Of a stretch of 64,000 bases of DNA, positions 1-8,780 are shown piece after piece (positions within the stretch are counted from its first letter, which is position 1; each line of letters opens with the position of its first letter). Both the position numbers and the translations under genes were made by a program. The notes under the pieces are model-generated. The model was given only the letters and a program-made list of their open reading frames with translations, was not told the DNA's origin and did not search any database. The stretch is from contig OZ245838.1 in NCBI GenBank assembly GCA_965228735.1, forward strand, positions 4,080,011-4,144,010, in the 5' to 3' direction. Source of the stretch: Planctomycetota bacterium. GTDB lineage: Bacteria; Planctomycetota; UBA1135; UBA2386.

Positions 1-999
1 GCCGCTGGCCAGACCGAGCACGACCATCAGCAGGAACGTCCCGACGATGCCGGGAGTCCACAGACCGAAGATGCCGGTGCCGACCGCGAGACCGATCGCA
101 CCGAGCGGGATGAGGCCGGTCTCGACCTTGCCCTTCGACAGCTTGCCCGCGAGCATCGCGCCCGCGCCGACGCCGATCGCGAACAGCGCGTACGGCGCGC
201 CCGCCCACTTGTCGGAGAACTCGAGGACCTGCTTGCCGTAGATCAGGACGTTCTGCCCGAGCAGGCTCGCGAGCCCCCAGAACGCCACCGAACCGAGCGT
301 CGCGAGCCAGAGCGCGCGTTCGCCGCGGACCGCGCGCCAGGCGCCCTTGATGACCTGACCGACGGACTCGTCGCCGCCGACAGCCGGCACGTGCGGCACG
401 CGCAGCGCAGCGAAGAAGCCGGCGACCGACAGCGCGGTCAACACGACGCCCGCCGGCCACGCCGACGAGCTGACTTCGAGCAGCGCGCCGCCCGCGACCG
501 TGCCGAGGATGATCGCGAGGAAGCTCGCGGCCTCGAGCTTGCCGTTCGCCGCCGCGAGCCGTTCGTGCGGCAGCGACTCCGGCAGGATGCCGTACTTGGC
601 CGGCGCGAAGAACGAGCTCTGCAAACCCATGCCGCCGAGCACGACGAGCGGCATCCAGCCCGACGGCTGCAGCCAGAGGGCGAACGTGCCAGCCGCCATG
701 AGCACGAGCTCCGCGCCCTTCGTAGCGACGAGCAGCGTGCGCTTGCTGACGCGGTCGCCGAACACCATCGCCGGGACCGAGCCGAGCATCAGCGGCAGTG
801 TGAGGATGACGAACGCCCAGGTCGTGACCGCCTGCGCCGCCGCCTCGTCGCCCGCGGGCACCGCCGCGATGCCGAGCAACGCGACGATCATCTTGAACGC
901 GTTGTCGTTGAAGGCCCCGAAGAACTGCGCCACGAGCAGTCCGCCCAACGGGCTGCGGCTCGATCGTGCGCTACGGCTCTGGATCTCGGTCTCGGTCAT
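1..999 (-). CDS. MFS transporter, LplT/Aas-type permease-like (3' end outside window)
   Basis: Reverse frame is open from ATG (997-999) to the window edge. Translation MTETEIQSRSARSSRSPLGGLLVAQFFGAFNDNAFKMIVALLG... is multi-TM. The FFGAFNDNAFK N-terminus is typical of lysophospholipid-transporter-type MFS proteins. It is absent from the ORF track because it runs off the window. Confidence 0.75.
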   Translation of the reverse strand, partial: MTETEIQSRSARSSRSPLGGLLVAQFFGAFNDNAFKMIVALLGIAAVPAGDEAAAQAVTTWAFVILTLPLMLGSVPAMVFGDRVSKRTLLVATKGAELVLMAAGTFALWLQPSGWMPLVVLGGMGLQSSFFAPAKYGILPESLPHERLAAANGKLEAASFLAIILGTVAGGALLEVSSSAWPAGVVLTALSVAGFFAALRVPHVPAVGGDESVGQVIKGAWRAVRGERALWLATLGSVAFWGLASLLGQNVLIYGKQVLEFSDKWAGAPYALFAIGVGAGAMLAGKLSKGKVETGLIPLGAIGLAVGTGIFGLWTPGIVGTFLLMVVLGLASG

Positions 1000-1095
1000 C
1001 GGTCGTTTCCTCGGCTCCCTGAGTCTCCGAAGTATCGCCATTTCCTTCGCCCTCGGTCCGTTACTTGTCGATTATCCATCGTTAAGCTCTGCTTT

Positions 1096-1983
1096 ATGAT
1101 CGATCTGCATCGGCTCGCCGGGTTCCACCTCGTCGCAACGTCCGGTGGCTACGCTCGCGCGGCGCGAGAGGCGCCGTATCCGATCACGCAGCCAGCACTC
1201 CACCAGCAGGTCCGGAAGCTCGAGGCCGAACTCGATCTGCAGCTGCTCGAACGCGTCGGCAAGGACCGCATGCAGCCGACCGCGGCCGGCGCCGAGCTGC
1301 TGCGCTTCGTGGATCCGTTCTTCCGCGACCTCCCCGTCGTCGTCCGGCGGCTGCAGGCCAACGACTTCGACGGCGTGCTCACGATGCAGGCCGAATCCCT
1401 GCTGATCCGCCAGCTGCTGCCCGGTTGGCTCGCTGCCATGCGCCGGCGGCGACCGGGCGCCGAGCTGCGCCTCACGGAGGTCGCGTTGCCCGACGTCGAC
1501 GAGCTGCGCAGCGGCCGAACGGACGTGATCGTCGCGCATCTGCCGGAGGTGCCCGACGACATCGCCGCGGAGCTCGTCGCGCGACTGCACCCGAGCCTCG
1601 TCGTCCCGCGCGAACTGCTCGGCCGTCGCAAGCGGGCCCCGCGGTTCACCGAGCTCGCCGAACACCCGTTCCTGTCGTACCCGAGCGGCAGCCGGCATCG
1701 TGAGCTGCAGATGCAGGCGCTCGCGCTGCACGGGGTGAACCCGCCGCAATCGATCGCGCTCGATACCGCGGACTCGATCCTCGGCTTCGTCGAGTCGGGG
1801 CTCGGCTGGTCGCTGGTACCGAGTCTGCAACAGGGCGGCCCCTCGGGGCGGCGACTCGCCGCGTTCCCGCTCGAGCGGCCGAAGGTCACGTTTCCGGTGT
1901 ATGCGGCCTGGCGGCGCGATGCGCCCGAGAACCCGATGCTCGACGCACTGCTCGAGACGCGGCCGGATCCAGCCGCCGGGTAA
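1096..1983 (+). CDS. LysR-family transcriptional regulator
   Basis: Internal ATG of track ORF 391..1983. N-terminal wHTH (GGYARAAREAPYPITQPALHQQVRKLEAEL) plus a LysR substrate-binding-like C-terminus. Divergent from the MFS gene with a 96-bp spacer, the classic LTTR arrangement. Confidence 0.9.
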   Translation: MIDLHRLAGFHLVATSGGYARAAREAPYPITQPALHQQVRKLEAELDLQLLERVGKDRMQPTAAGAELLRFVDPFFRDLPVVVRRLQANDFDGVLTMQAESLLIRQLLPGWLAAMRRRRPGAELRLTEVALPDVDELRSGRTDVIVAHLPEVPDDIAAELVARLHPSLVVPRELLGRRKRAPRFTELAEHPFLSYPSGSRHRELQMQALALHGVNPPQSIALDTADSILGFVESGLGWSLVPSLQQGGPSGRRLAAFPLERPKVTFPVYAAWRRDAPENPMLDALLETRPDPAAG

Positions 1984-2087
1984 CGACGCTGTCGCATGCC
2001 GGCGTTTCCAGGAACCCGCGGCGCGAGCACGACGTTCGCGCACCCGTAGGATTGCACAGCTCGCTCCGCGCCGAGAACCCCGCCCCC

Positions 2088-4742
2088 ATGAGCCCGAGAA
2101 CCGCCCTCCTGATCGTGCTGCTGCTGGCCGGCGGCGCCGGCATCTACCTGCTGCTCGGGACCGGCGCGACGATCGCGCCGGACGACCCGAACGGGCCTGT
2201 GACAGCTCCGGTCGGCAACGCCGGCGACCCGACCACGGCTACGGGCACCGGCGCGACGGACGCCACGACCGAGTCGACGACGCCCACCACGATCCGCGAC
2301 GCGGCCGACACCGCCGGTGGCGCCGTCGTTCCCGTTCCCGACGACGCGGAATGGATCGAGGTGCGCGTCGTCGCGGGAGCGACGGGCGAGCCGATCGCCA
2401 GCGCGGAGGTGTGGTGGTTCGACGACACGGTGACGGACTGGGTCGGCGACCGCCCCGAGCTCGTCCCCGAGGCCGAGCACCAGGTGCAACGCGACATCGA
2501 GGACTTCGCGAGCCGCTTCGGCTGGCGCACCCAGAGCGACAGAAACGGCATCGCGCGGGTGCACCAGACTCGCACCACCGAGGTCGTCGCCCGCAGCGGC
2601 AAGCTGTTCGGGTCGGCCGAGGTCGGGAACAACCTCGTGCCACCCGCCGACGGCTTTCGGGTCACGCTCGTCGAGGACCGCGAGTTCGCCGTTCAGGTGC
2701 TGACGGCCGACGACACGCCGGCGATCGGCGTACCGATCATGGTCACGATCCAGCGCGAAGGCAGCAACCGCACCCAGCTGCTGCGCTACCAGTCGCTCGC
2801 CGCGACGCGCGCGCCGGACGGCATCGCCCGCCTGCGCCACGTGCAGGACTGGCCGGAATCGCTGCCGAAGGACGTCGCGTACACGCTGCGTGTGCGCACC
2901 GCGTTGCCCGGCCACCAGGACGAGGGCGTCGAGCTCGTTCTCGACGAGCTGCCCACCGAACCGATCGTGATGCGGCTGCCGACGACCGGCACCGTCCTCG
3001 TGCGCATCGACGTACCCGAGGCGAATCCGACGCAAACGGCGACCCGCATCCAGCTGCGCGAGGCCGGGCCGACGACGCGGCGGCGGGCGAGCGCATCGCG
3101 GCGGGCGGGGCCGGACGGCTGGGCCCGCTTCGAACACATCGCGACCAACGCGACGCTGCGGGCCGTGGGCTACGTCGACGGCGGGTCCGTCAGCGCGGAT
3201 GTCACGGGGCCGGCGACACCGGGCGGCACCGTCGAGGTCGTGCTGCGAGCCGACGGCGACGCGATCCGGCTCGTCGGGCGCCTGCTCGGCACCGACGGTC
3301 AACCCGTCGCGGGCACGAAGTTCTCGCTGCGCCTGAACGGACGTCGCACCGGGCGCTTCACTCTCACGACCGATGACGACGGCCGCTTCCACGCCCTGGT
3401 CGGCGCACCGCGCAGCAACGATCGCAACCAGGTCGACAGGATCACGGCGGTGCTGCAGCAAGCCGGTGAACGCCCGCTCACCGCGAGCGTCGGCGCGCGC
3501 GAGCTGCGCTCGGGCATCCAGAACCTCGGTGACTTCCGGCTCGCCCTGCCGCCGCTGATCGTCGCGGGGCGCTGCACGATGAACGGCGAACCCGCGGCCC
3601 TGTCGTCGGGATCGCGCATCGAGTACGAGCACCGCCGTGAGAATCGCGATCCCCGATGGCGGCGGGTGAGCAACACCATGCTCTACGCGGGCGACGACGG
3701 CACGTTCGCCTACTACGGCGAGACCACGCACGACCAGCTGCGGCTGACCCCGCGCGGCGATCACCTGCCGGCGGAGCCGATCGCGTTTCGCCGCGGCCAG
3801 CGCGACCTGCGCGTCGAGCTCACGAGCGGCAGCGGAGTCGTCGCGACCATCCTGCTCGATCAGGTCGGCTGGCTGCGGCCGATCGCGCGCCTCGTGCGCA
3901 CGAGCCCGCCGGCGAACGGCACTGCGGTGACGGACAGCGAGCCTGTCGTCGCGCGCCTGAACAGCCGCGACGATGACCGCTTCCAAGCGCGCTGGCGCGA
4001 GCTCGTCCCCGGCACGTTCGACCTCGAGATCGCGCTGCCCGGCATCATCGAGCCCCTGGTCCGCATTCCCGACGTCCAGGTGCCGCAACCGCCCGGCGGC
4101 GATCCGCGGCTCGTCGACATCGACCTCCAAAGCCGCTGCCGGTTCCAGGTCATCCGGCTGTTCGACTACGCGGGCGCGCCGGTCGAACGCGCCAGCCGAT
4201 TCAACCGCGGCGGCCTGTTCCCGGCGGGCCAGCCAGCCGACGAGGAGCTCGTCGGCGCGCAGTTCTCGGGTCACGAGAACAAGATCCTGCTGCCAACGGA
4301 GCAGACCGAGGTGCTCATCGCCGTCGCCGGCTACCGGCCGACGACCGTGCTCTGCACGGGCGAACCCGTCGACGTGCGGCTCGACCGCTGGCCATCGGTC
4401 CAGCTCACCCTGCCCGATCTGCCCGCGCTCGACGACGGCTTCGACCTCGCCGTTCGCCTGCTGCCCGGCAACGACCGCCGCCGCTACCGCGCGGGCTGGT
4501 CGCGCGGCAACCTGCGCTATCTGCTCGCGCCGCCGGAGACCGCGGTGAAGTTCGAGAACGGCGTCGCCGAGCTGTTCGTCGACGACACCCTGCGCCGCGC
4601 GCAGGTCGTCGTGCGCCGCGGCCGATCCACGATGGGCGTCAAGATGCCCGAGGTGCACGTCTCCTCGACGACGGGCGGCCGCCAGATGCCGGTCACGGCC
4701 GAAGCCGTCGAAGCGGCGGCGAAGCTGCTGCGACGCGACTGA
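2088..4742 (+). CDS. Large membrane-anchored/secreted protein with repeated carboxypeptidase-regulatory-like beta-sandwich segments, function unknown
   Basis: Track ORF 2052..4742 starts at a TTG. ATG at 2088 gives MSPRTALLIVLLLAGGAGIYLLL (N-terminal TM/signal anchor). Repeated segments of the type VRVVAGATGEPIASAEVWWF. No catalytic motif recognised. Confidence 0.7.
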   Translation: MSPRTALLIVLLLAGGAGIYLLLGTGATIAPDDPNGPVTAPVGNAGDPTTATGTGATDATTESTTPTTIRDAADTAGGAVVPVPDDAEWIEVRVVAGATGEPIASAEVWWFDDTVTDWVGDRPELVPEAEHQVQRDIEDFASRFGWRTQSDRNGIARVHQTRTTEVVARSGKLFGSAEVGNNLVPPADGFRVTLVEDREFAVQVLTADDTPAIGVPIMVTIQREGSNRTQLLRYQSLAATRAPDGIARLRHVQDWPESLPKDVAYTLRVRTALPGHQDEGVELVLDELPTEPIVMRLPTTGTVLVRIDVPEANPTQTATRIQLREAGPTTRRRASASRRAGPDGWARFEHIATNATLRAVGYVDGGSVSADVTGPATPGGTVEVVLRADGDAIRLVGRLLGTDGQPVAGTKFSLRLNGRRTGRFTLTTDDDGRFHALVGAPRSNDRNQVDRITAVLQQAGERPLTASVGARELRSGIQNLGDFRLALPPLIVAGRCTMNGEPAALSSGSRIEYEHRRENRDPRWRRVSNTMLYAGDDGTFAYYGETTHDQLRLTPRGDHLPAEPIAFRRGQRDLRVELTSGSGVVATILLDQVGWLRPIARLVRTSPPANGTAVTDSEPVVARLNSRDDDRFQARWRELVPGTFDLEIALPGIIEPLVRIPDVQVPQPPGGDPRLVDIDLQSRCRFQVIRLFDYAGAPVERASRFNRGGLFPAGQPADEELVGAQFSGHENKILLPTEQTEVLIAVAGYRPTTVLCTGEPVDVRLDRWPSVQLTLPDLPALDDGFDLAVRLLPGNDRRRYRAGWSRGNLRYLLAPPETAVKFENGVAELFVDDTLRRAQVVVRRGRSTMGVKMPEVHVSSTTGGRQMPVTAEAVEAAAKLLRRD

Positions 4743-4863
4743 GGGCCAACAGGAAGTCGAAAGTCCGAAAGCGGCGAGACGTTCATCGCCAGCCCGGTGG
4801 CCACGTGGCCCGCCGGCCCTACGATGCTGCCCCCGTTGCGCACCCCGGCTGTGACCTCCTGAC

Positions 4864-5097
4864 ATGACGAACAAGATCCGCAAGGTCTGGATCGAAGACG
4901 GCTGCATCTCCTGCCAGGTGTGTCAGGACATCGCGCCGCAGGTGTTCCTCGTCGAGGACGGCGAGGATTGCGTCGTGCTGGCCGATGCGGCGCAGCACTT
5001 CGGCCCGCTCGCGGAGGACATCGAACAGGCGGTCGAGGACTGTCCGGTCGAGGTGATCAAGATCGCCGGCGAAGGCGACGAAGCGGCGACCGAGTAG
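4864..5097 (+). CDS. Small ferredoxin (single Fe-S cluster type)
   Basis: 77 aa. CISCQVCQDIAP ... DCPVEVI cysteine pattern typical of small 3Fe-4S/4Fe-4S ferredoxins. Confidence 0.85.
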   Translation: MTNKIRKVWIEDGCISCQVCQDIAPQVFLVEDGEDCVVLADAAQHFGPLAEDIEQAVEDCPVEVIKIAGEGDEAATE

Positions 5098-5109
5098 CTC
5101 GCGTTCGCG

Positions 5110-8100
5110 CTACCGCGTGACGCTGACGTTGAAGTACTTCGCGGCCGGGTGGTGGCAGATCACCGCGGACGTGCTCTGTTCGGGCACGAGCTGGAACTCC
5201 TCGCTCAGCGAAACGCCGATCCGTGAAGCCTCCAGCAGCATGAGCAGCTTGTCCTGGTCCTCGATGTTCGGGCACGCGGGGTAGCCGAACGAGTACCGAC
5301 TGCCCTGGTACTTCTGCTTGAAGAGGTCGTCGATGTCGGCGGCGTCCTCGTGCGCGATGCGCAGCTGCTGGCGGATGCGCTTGTGCCAGTACTCGGCGAG
5401 CGCCTCGGCACCCTCGACGGACAGGCCGTGGAAGTGCAGATACTCGTCGTAGCGGTTCTCCTTGAACAACCGCTCGCTCTCGGTCGTCGCGACGGCGCCC
5501 ATCGTCACGAGCGACAGGCCGATGATGTCGTGCTCGCCACTCTCCTTGCCGCGGAAGAAGTCGGACAGGCACAAGCGGCGCCCGCCGGGCTGCCGCGGGA
5601 ACTCGAAGCGGCAGAGCTCGCGCGCGCGATCGTTCGGATCGAGCACGACGACCGCGTTCTTGTCGCTGAAGCACGGCCAGTAGCCGTAGACGACGCGCGG
5701 CTGCAGCACCTTCTCCTCGCGCACGCGCTTGACGAGCTCGCGGAACCGCGGCTCGACGGTCGACTGGATGAACGCCTCGTAGTCCTCGTCGCTGCGCTTG
5801 CCCTTCTTGTACTGCCACTGCAGCCGGTAGAGCGCCTTCTTGTTCACGTACTGCAGCACGGTGCCGAGGTCGAGCTCGTCCGGCCCGACCACCTGCGCGC
5901 CCCAGAAGGGGGCTTCCGGGATCGTCACCGCGGGCTCGACCCCGCTGTCCGCATACTCGGTGAACGCGTGCTCGAGCATCTTCTCCTTCTCGGCGCGCGT
6001 CAGGCGGCGGTGGCTCGTCACCCGCTTGTTGGGATCGCTCGGCGCCTGCGTCAGGGTCTTGGCCTTGGAGCGACCCGTGAGCTCGTCCATGATGTGCAGC
6101 CCCGAGAACGCGTCCTTGCCGTAGTACACCGGCCCGGTCCCGTAGGCATCGCGCAGATCGTTCTCGACGAAGTGCCGATTGAGCGCCGCACCGCCGCACA
6201 CGACAGGCGTCTCGATGCCGCGCTGGGTCATGATCTCGAGGTTCTCCTTCATGATCGCCGTCGACTTCACGAGCAGCCCGCTCATGCCGATGGCCTGCGC
6301 CTTGCTCTCACGCGCCGACTCGAGGATCTGCTCGACCGGTACCTTGATGCCGAGGTTGACGACCCTGTAGCCGTTGTTGCTGACGACGATATCGACGAGA
6401 TTCTTGCCGATGTCGTGCACGTCGCCGCGCACGGTCGCGAGCACCATCGTGCCCTTCTCCTCGCCCTCGACCTTCTCCATGTGCGGCTCGAGGTGCGCGA
6501 CGGCGGCCTTCATCGCCTCGGCGCTCTGCAGCACGAACGGCAGCTGCATCTCGCCGCGCCCGAACAGGTCACCGACGACCTTCATGCCGTCGAGCAGGAT
6601 CTCGTTGATGATCTCGAGCGGCTTGTACTTCTTGAGCGCCTCGTCGAGGTGCTTGCCGATGCCGATCTTGTTGCCGTCGATGATGCGCTTCTCGAGGCGC
6701 TCCTCGACCGGCAGCGAGTCCTCGTCGACGCCGCCGCCGAGGTCCGCGCGCTTCTGGCCCGCGAAGCGCTCGATGAACTTGAACAACGGGTCGTAGTCGT
6801 CCGTGCGCCGGTCGTAGATCAGGTCGAGCGTGACCTTGCGATCGTCCTCGTCGAGCTTGTGCATCGGCACGATCTTGCTCGCGTGCACGATCGCCGCGTC
6901 GAGGCCGTGCTGCAGCGCCTCGGCCATGTAGACCGAGTTGAGGATCTGGCGCGGGTACGGGTCGAGGCCGAAGCTGATGTTGGACAGTCCGAGGATCGTG
7001 CGAACGCCCGGGATGTTCTCCTTGATGAGCTTGATGCCCTCGAGCGTCTGGACGCCGGCGTCGCGCGACGCCTCGTCGCCGGAGCCGATCGTGAACGTCA
7101 ACGGGTCGAACAGCAGGTCGCCAGGCTGCAGCCCGTGGCGGTTGACGACGATGTCGTAGAGGCGCCTGGCGACCGCGAGCTTCTGATCTGCGGTCTTGGC
7201 CATGCCCTCCTCGTCGATCGTCAGCGCGACGAACATCGCGCCGTAGCGGCGCGCGAGCCGGCAGAGCTCGTCCGCCTTGCCCTCGCCGTCCTCGAGGTTG
7301 ATCGAGTTGATGATCGCGCGGCCCGGCACGACCTTGAGCGCGGCCTCGACGACGTCGAGCTGCGTGCTGTCGATCATGATCGGCAGCGTGACCTGCTGCA
7401 CCATCGGCCGCAGCAGTCCGAGCATGTCGGCGGTCTCGTCGCGGCCGACGTAGGCGGTGCAGACGTCGAGGACGTGCGCGCCCTCCTTCATCTGCTCCTT
7501 GCCCATCGCGAGCATGCCCTCGACGTCGCCCTCGAGCATGAGCTCGCGGAACTTCTTGCTGCCGTTCGCGTTCGTCCGCTCGCCGACGAGCAGCGGCCCG
7601 CTGTCCTGGTCGAGCGGCATCGAGTGGAAGAGCGACGCGACCTGCGGCTCGAAGTCGGTCGGGCGCTCGGCCGCCTTCATGCCCTCGACCGCCTTGGCCA
7701 TCGCCTCGACGTGCTCGATCGTCGTGCCGCAGCAACCGCCGATCACCGCGATGCCGAACTCCTCGACGAACTTCGCCTGGAACCGCGCGAGCTCCTCGGG
7801 CGTGAGGTCGTAGACGGCCTGGCCGCCGACGTTGCGCGGCAGGCCGGCGTTGGGCATGACCATGATCTGCCGCGTCGTGCTCTTGCCGAGATAGCGCACC
7901 GACTCCTGCATGAGGTCGGGACCCGTCGCGCAGTTGAGCCCGACGACGTCGACCGGCAGCGCCTCGAGCGTCGTCACCGCGCCCTGGATGTCGGTGCCGA
8001 CGAGCATCGTGCCCGTCGTCTCGATCGTGACCGTGCAGAAGATCGGCACCTCGCGGCCGAGCTCCGCCATCGCGTCGCGCGCGGCGATCACGGCGAGCTT

Positions 8101-8631
8101 GACCTGCAGGATGTCCTGGCACGTTTCGATGTTGAGGCAGTCGACGCCGCCCGCGATCAGGCCCTTGGCGTAGACCTTGTAGGCCTCGAACAGCTCGTCG
8201 CCGGTGATGTGACCGAGCGTCACGAGCTTGGTCCCCGGCCCCATCGAGCCCGACACGAATCGCGGCCGCTCGGGGGTCGAGAAGCGATCCGCCGATTCGC
8301 GCGCGACCCTGGCCGCCATCTCGTTGAGCTCGAACGCCCGGCTGCCGAGGTCGAACTCGTCGAGCACGTAGGGCATGCCGCCGAACGAGTCGGTCTCGAC
8401 GACGTCGGCGCCGGCCTCGAAATAGCGATCGTGGATCGCGCCGATCACGTCGGGGCGGGTCTCGACGAGGATCTCGTTGCAGCCTTCGAGGTTCTTGAAG
8501 TCGTCGAGCGTCAGGTCCGCGGACTGGATCTGCGTCCCCATCGCGCCATCGAAGACGAGAACGCGATCGCGCATCACACGCAGGATGGGGAAGCGCTCGA
8601 TGCGCTCTCTGGGGTCGAATCGTGCCGTCAT
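5110..8631 (-). CDS. metH: Cobalamin-dependent methionine synthase
   Basis: Internal ATG (8629-8631) of track ORF 5110..9024 gives 1173 aa starting MTARFDPRERIERFPILRV. Has the Hcy-binding start VLVFDGAMGTQIQ, pterin-binding region, B12-binding DxHxxG motif (GDVHDIGKNLV) and a C-terminal AdoMet-activation domain. Confidence 0.97.
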   Translation of the reverse strand: MTARFDPRERIERFPILRVMRDRVLVFDGAMGTQIQSADLTLDDFKNLEGCNEILVETRPDVIGAIHDRYFEAGADVVETDSFGGMPYVLDEFDLGSRAFELNEMAARVARESADRFSTPERPRFVSGSMGPGTKLVTLGHITGDELFEAYKVYAKGLIAGGVDCLNIETCQDILQVKLAVIAARDAMAELGREVPIFCTVTIETTGTMLVGTDIQGAVTTLEALPVDVVGLNCATGPDLMQESVRYLGKSTTRQIMVMPNAGLPRNVGGQAVYDLTPEELARFQAKFVEEFGIAVIGGCCGTTIEHVEAMAKAVEGMKAAERPTDFEPQVASLFHSMPLDQDSGPLLVGERTNANGSKKFRELMLEGDVEGMLAMGKEQMKEGAHVLDVCTAYVGRDETADMLGLLRPMVQQVTLPIMIDSTQLDVVEAALKVVPGRAIINSINLEDGEGKADELCRLARRYGAMFVALTIDEEGMAKTADQKLAVARRLYDIVVNRHGLQPGDLLFDPLTFTIGSGDEASRDAGVQTLEGIKLIKENIPGVRTILGLSNISFGLDPYPRQILNSVYMAEALQHGLDAAIVHASKIVPMHKLDEDDRKVTLDLIYDRRTDDYDPLFKFIERFAGQKRADLGGGVDEDSLPVEERLEKRIIDGNKIGIGKHLDEALKKYKPLEIINEILLDGMKVVGDLFGRGEMQLPFVLQSAEAMKAAVAHLEPHMEKVEGEEKGTMVLATVRGDVHDIGKNLVDIVVSNNGYRVVNLGIKVPVEQILESARESKAQAIGMSGLLVKSTAIMKENLEIMTQRGIETPVVCGGAALNRHFVENDLRDAYGTGPVYYGKDAFSGLHIMDELTGRSKAKTLTQAPSDPNKRVTSHRRLTRAEKEKMLEHAFTEYADSGVEPAVTIPEAPFWGAQVVGPDELDLGTVLQYVNKKALYRLQWQYKKGKRSDEDYEAFIQSTVEPRFRELVKRVREEKVLQPRVVYGYWPCFSDKNAVVVLDPNDRARELCRFEFPRQPGGRRLCLSDFFRGKESGEHDIIGLSLVTMGAVATTESERLFKENRYDEYLHFHGLSVEGAEALAEYWHKRIRQQLRIAHEDAADIDDLFKQKYQGSRYSFGYPACPNIEDQDKLLMLLEASRIGVSLSEEFQLVPEQSTSAVICHHPAAKYFNVSVTR

Positions 8632-8780
8632 TGCCGCCTGGCCGAACGAGCATAGCGACGGCGACAAGCCAGCAAACGGCAATCGTGGGTAACGGGCGGC
8701 GGCGGCACCTACCGCGCCACCGTCCGAATTTCGACCCGCCGGCAATCGTACGCCCGCGCAGATCGCCGGCGCGCCGCCGC

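Noticed and set aside
1149-4907. 1252-aa minus-strand ORF antisense to the LysR gene and the 884-aa protein gene
   Set aside because: The translation is Arg/Ala/Gly-dominated low-complexity sequence with no motif. It lies antisense to ORFs with recognisable features (LysR HTH; signal anchor plus beta-sandwich repeats). Long stop-free antisense frames are expected at about 70% GC.
5350-8655. 1101-aa plus-strand ORF antisense to metH
   Set aside because: metH on the minus strand is unambiguous over its full length. The antisense frame has no recognisable domain and a typical high-GC shadow-ORF composition.
8632-8780. Cobalamin, SAM or SAH riboswitch in front of metH
   Set aside because: There is no B12-box (GCCACUG-like) and no SAH/SAM core sequence that I can recognise. 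Only a 10-nt direct repeat was found, and it is reported separately.
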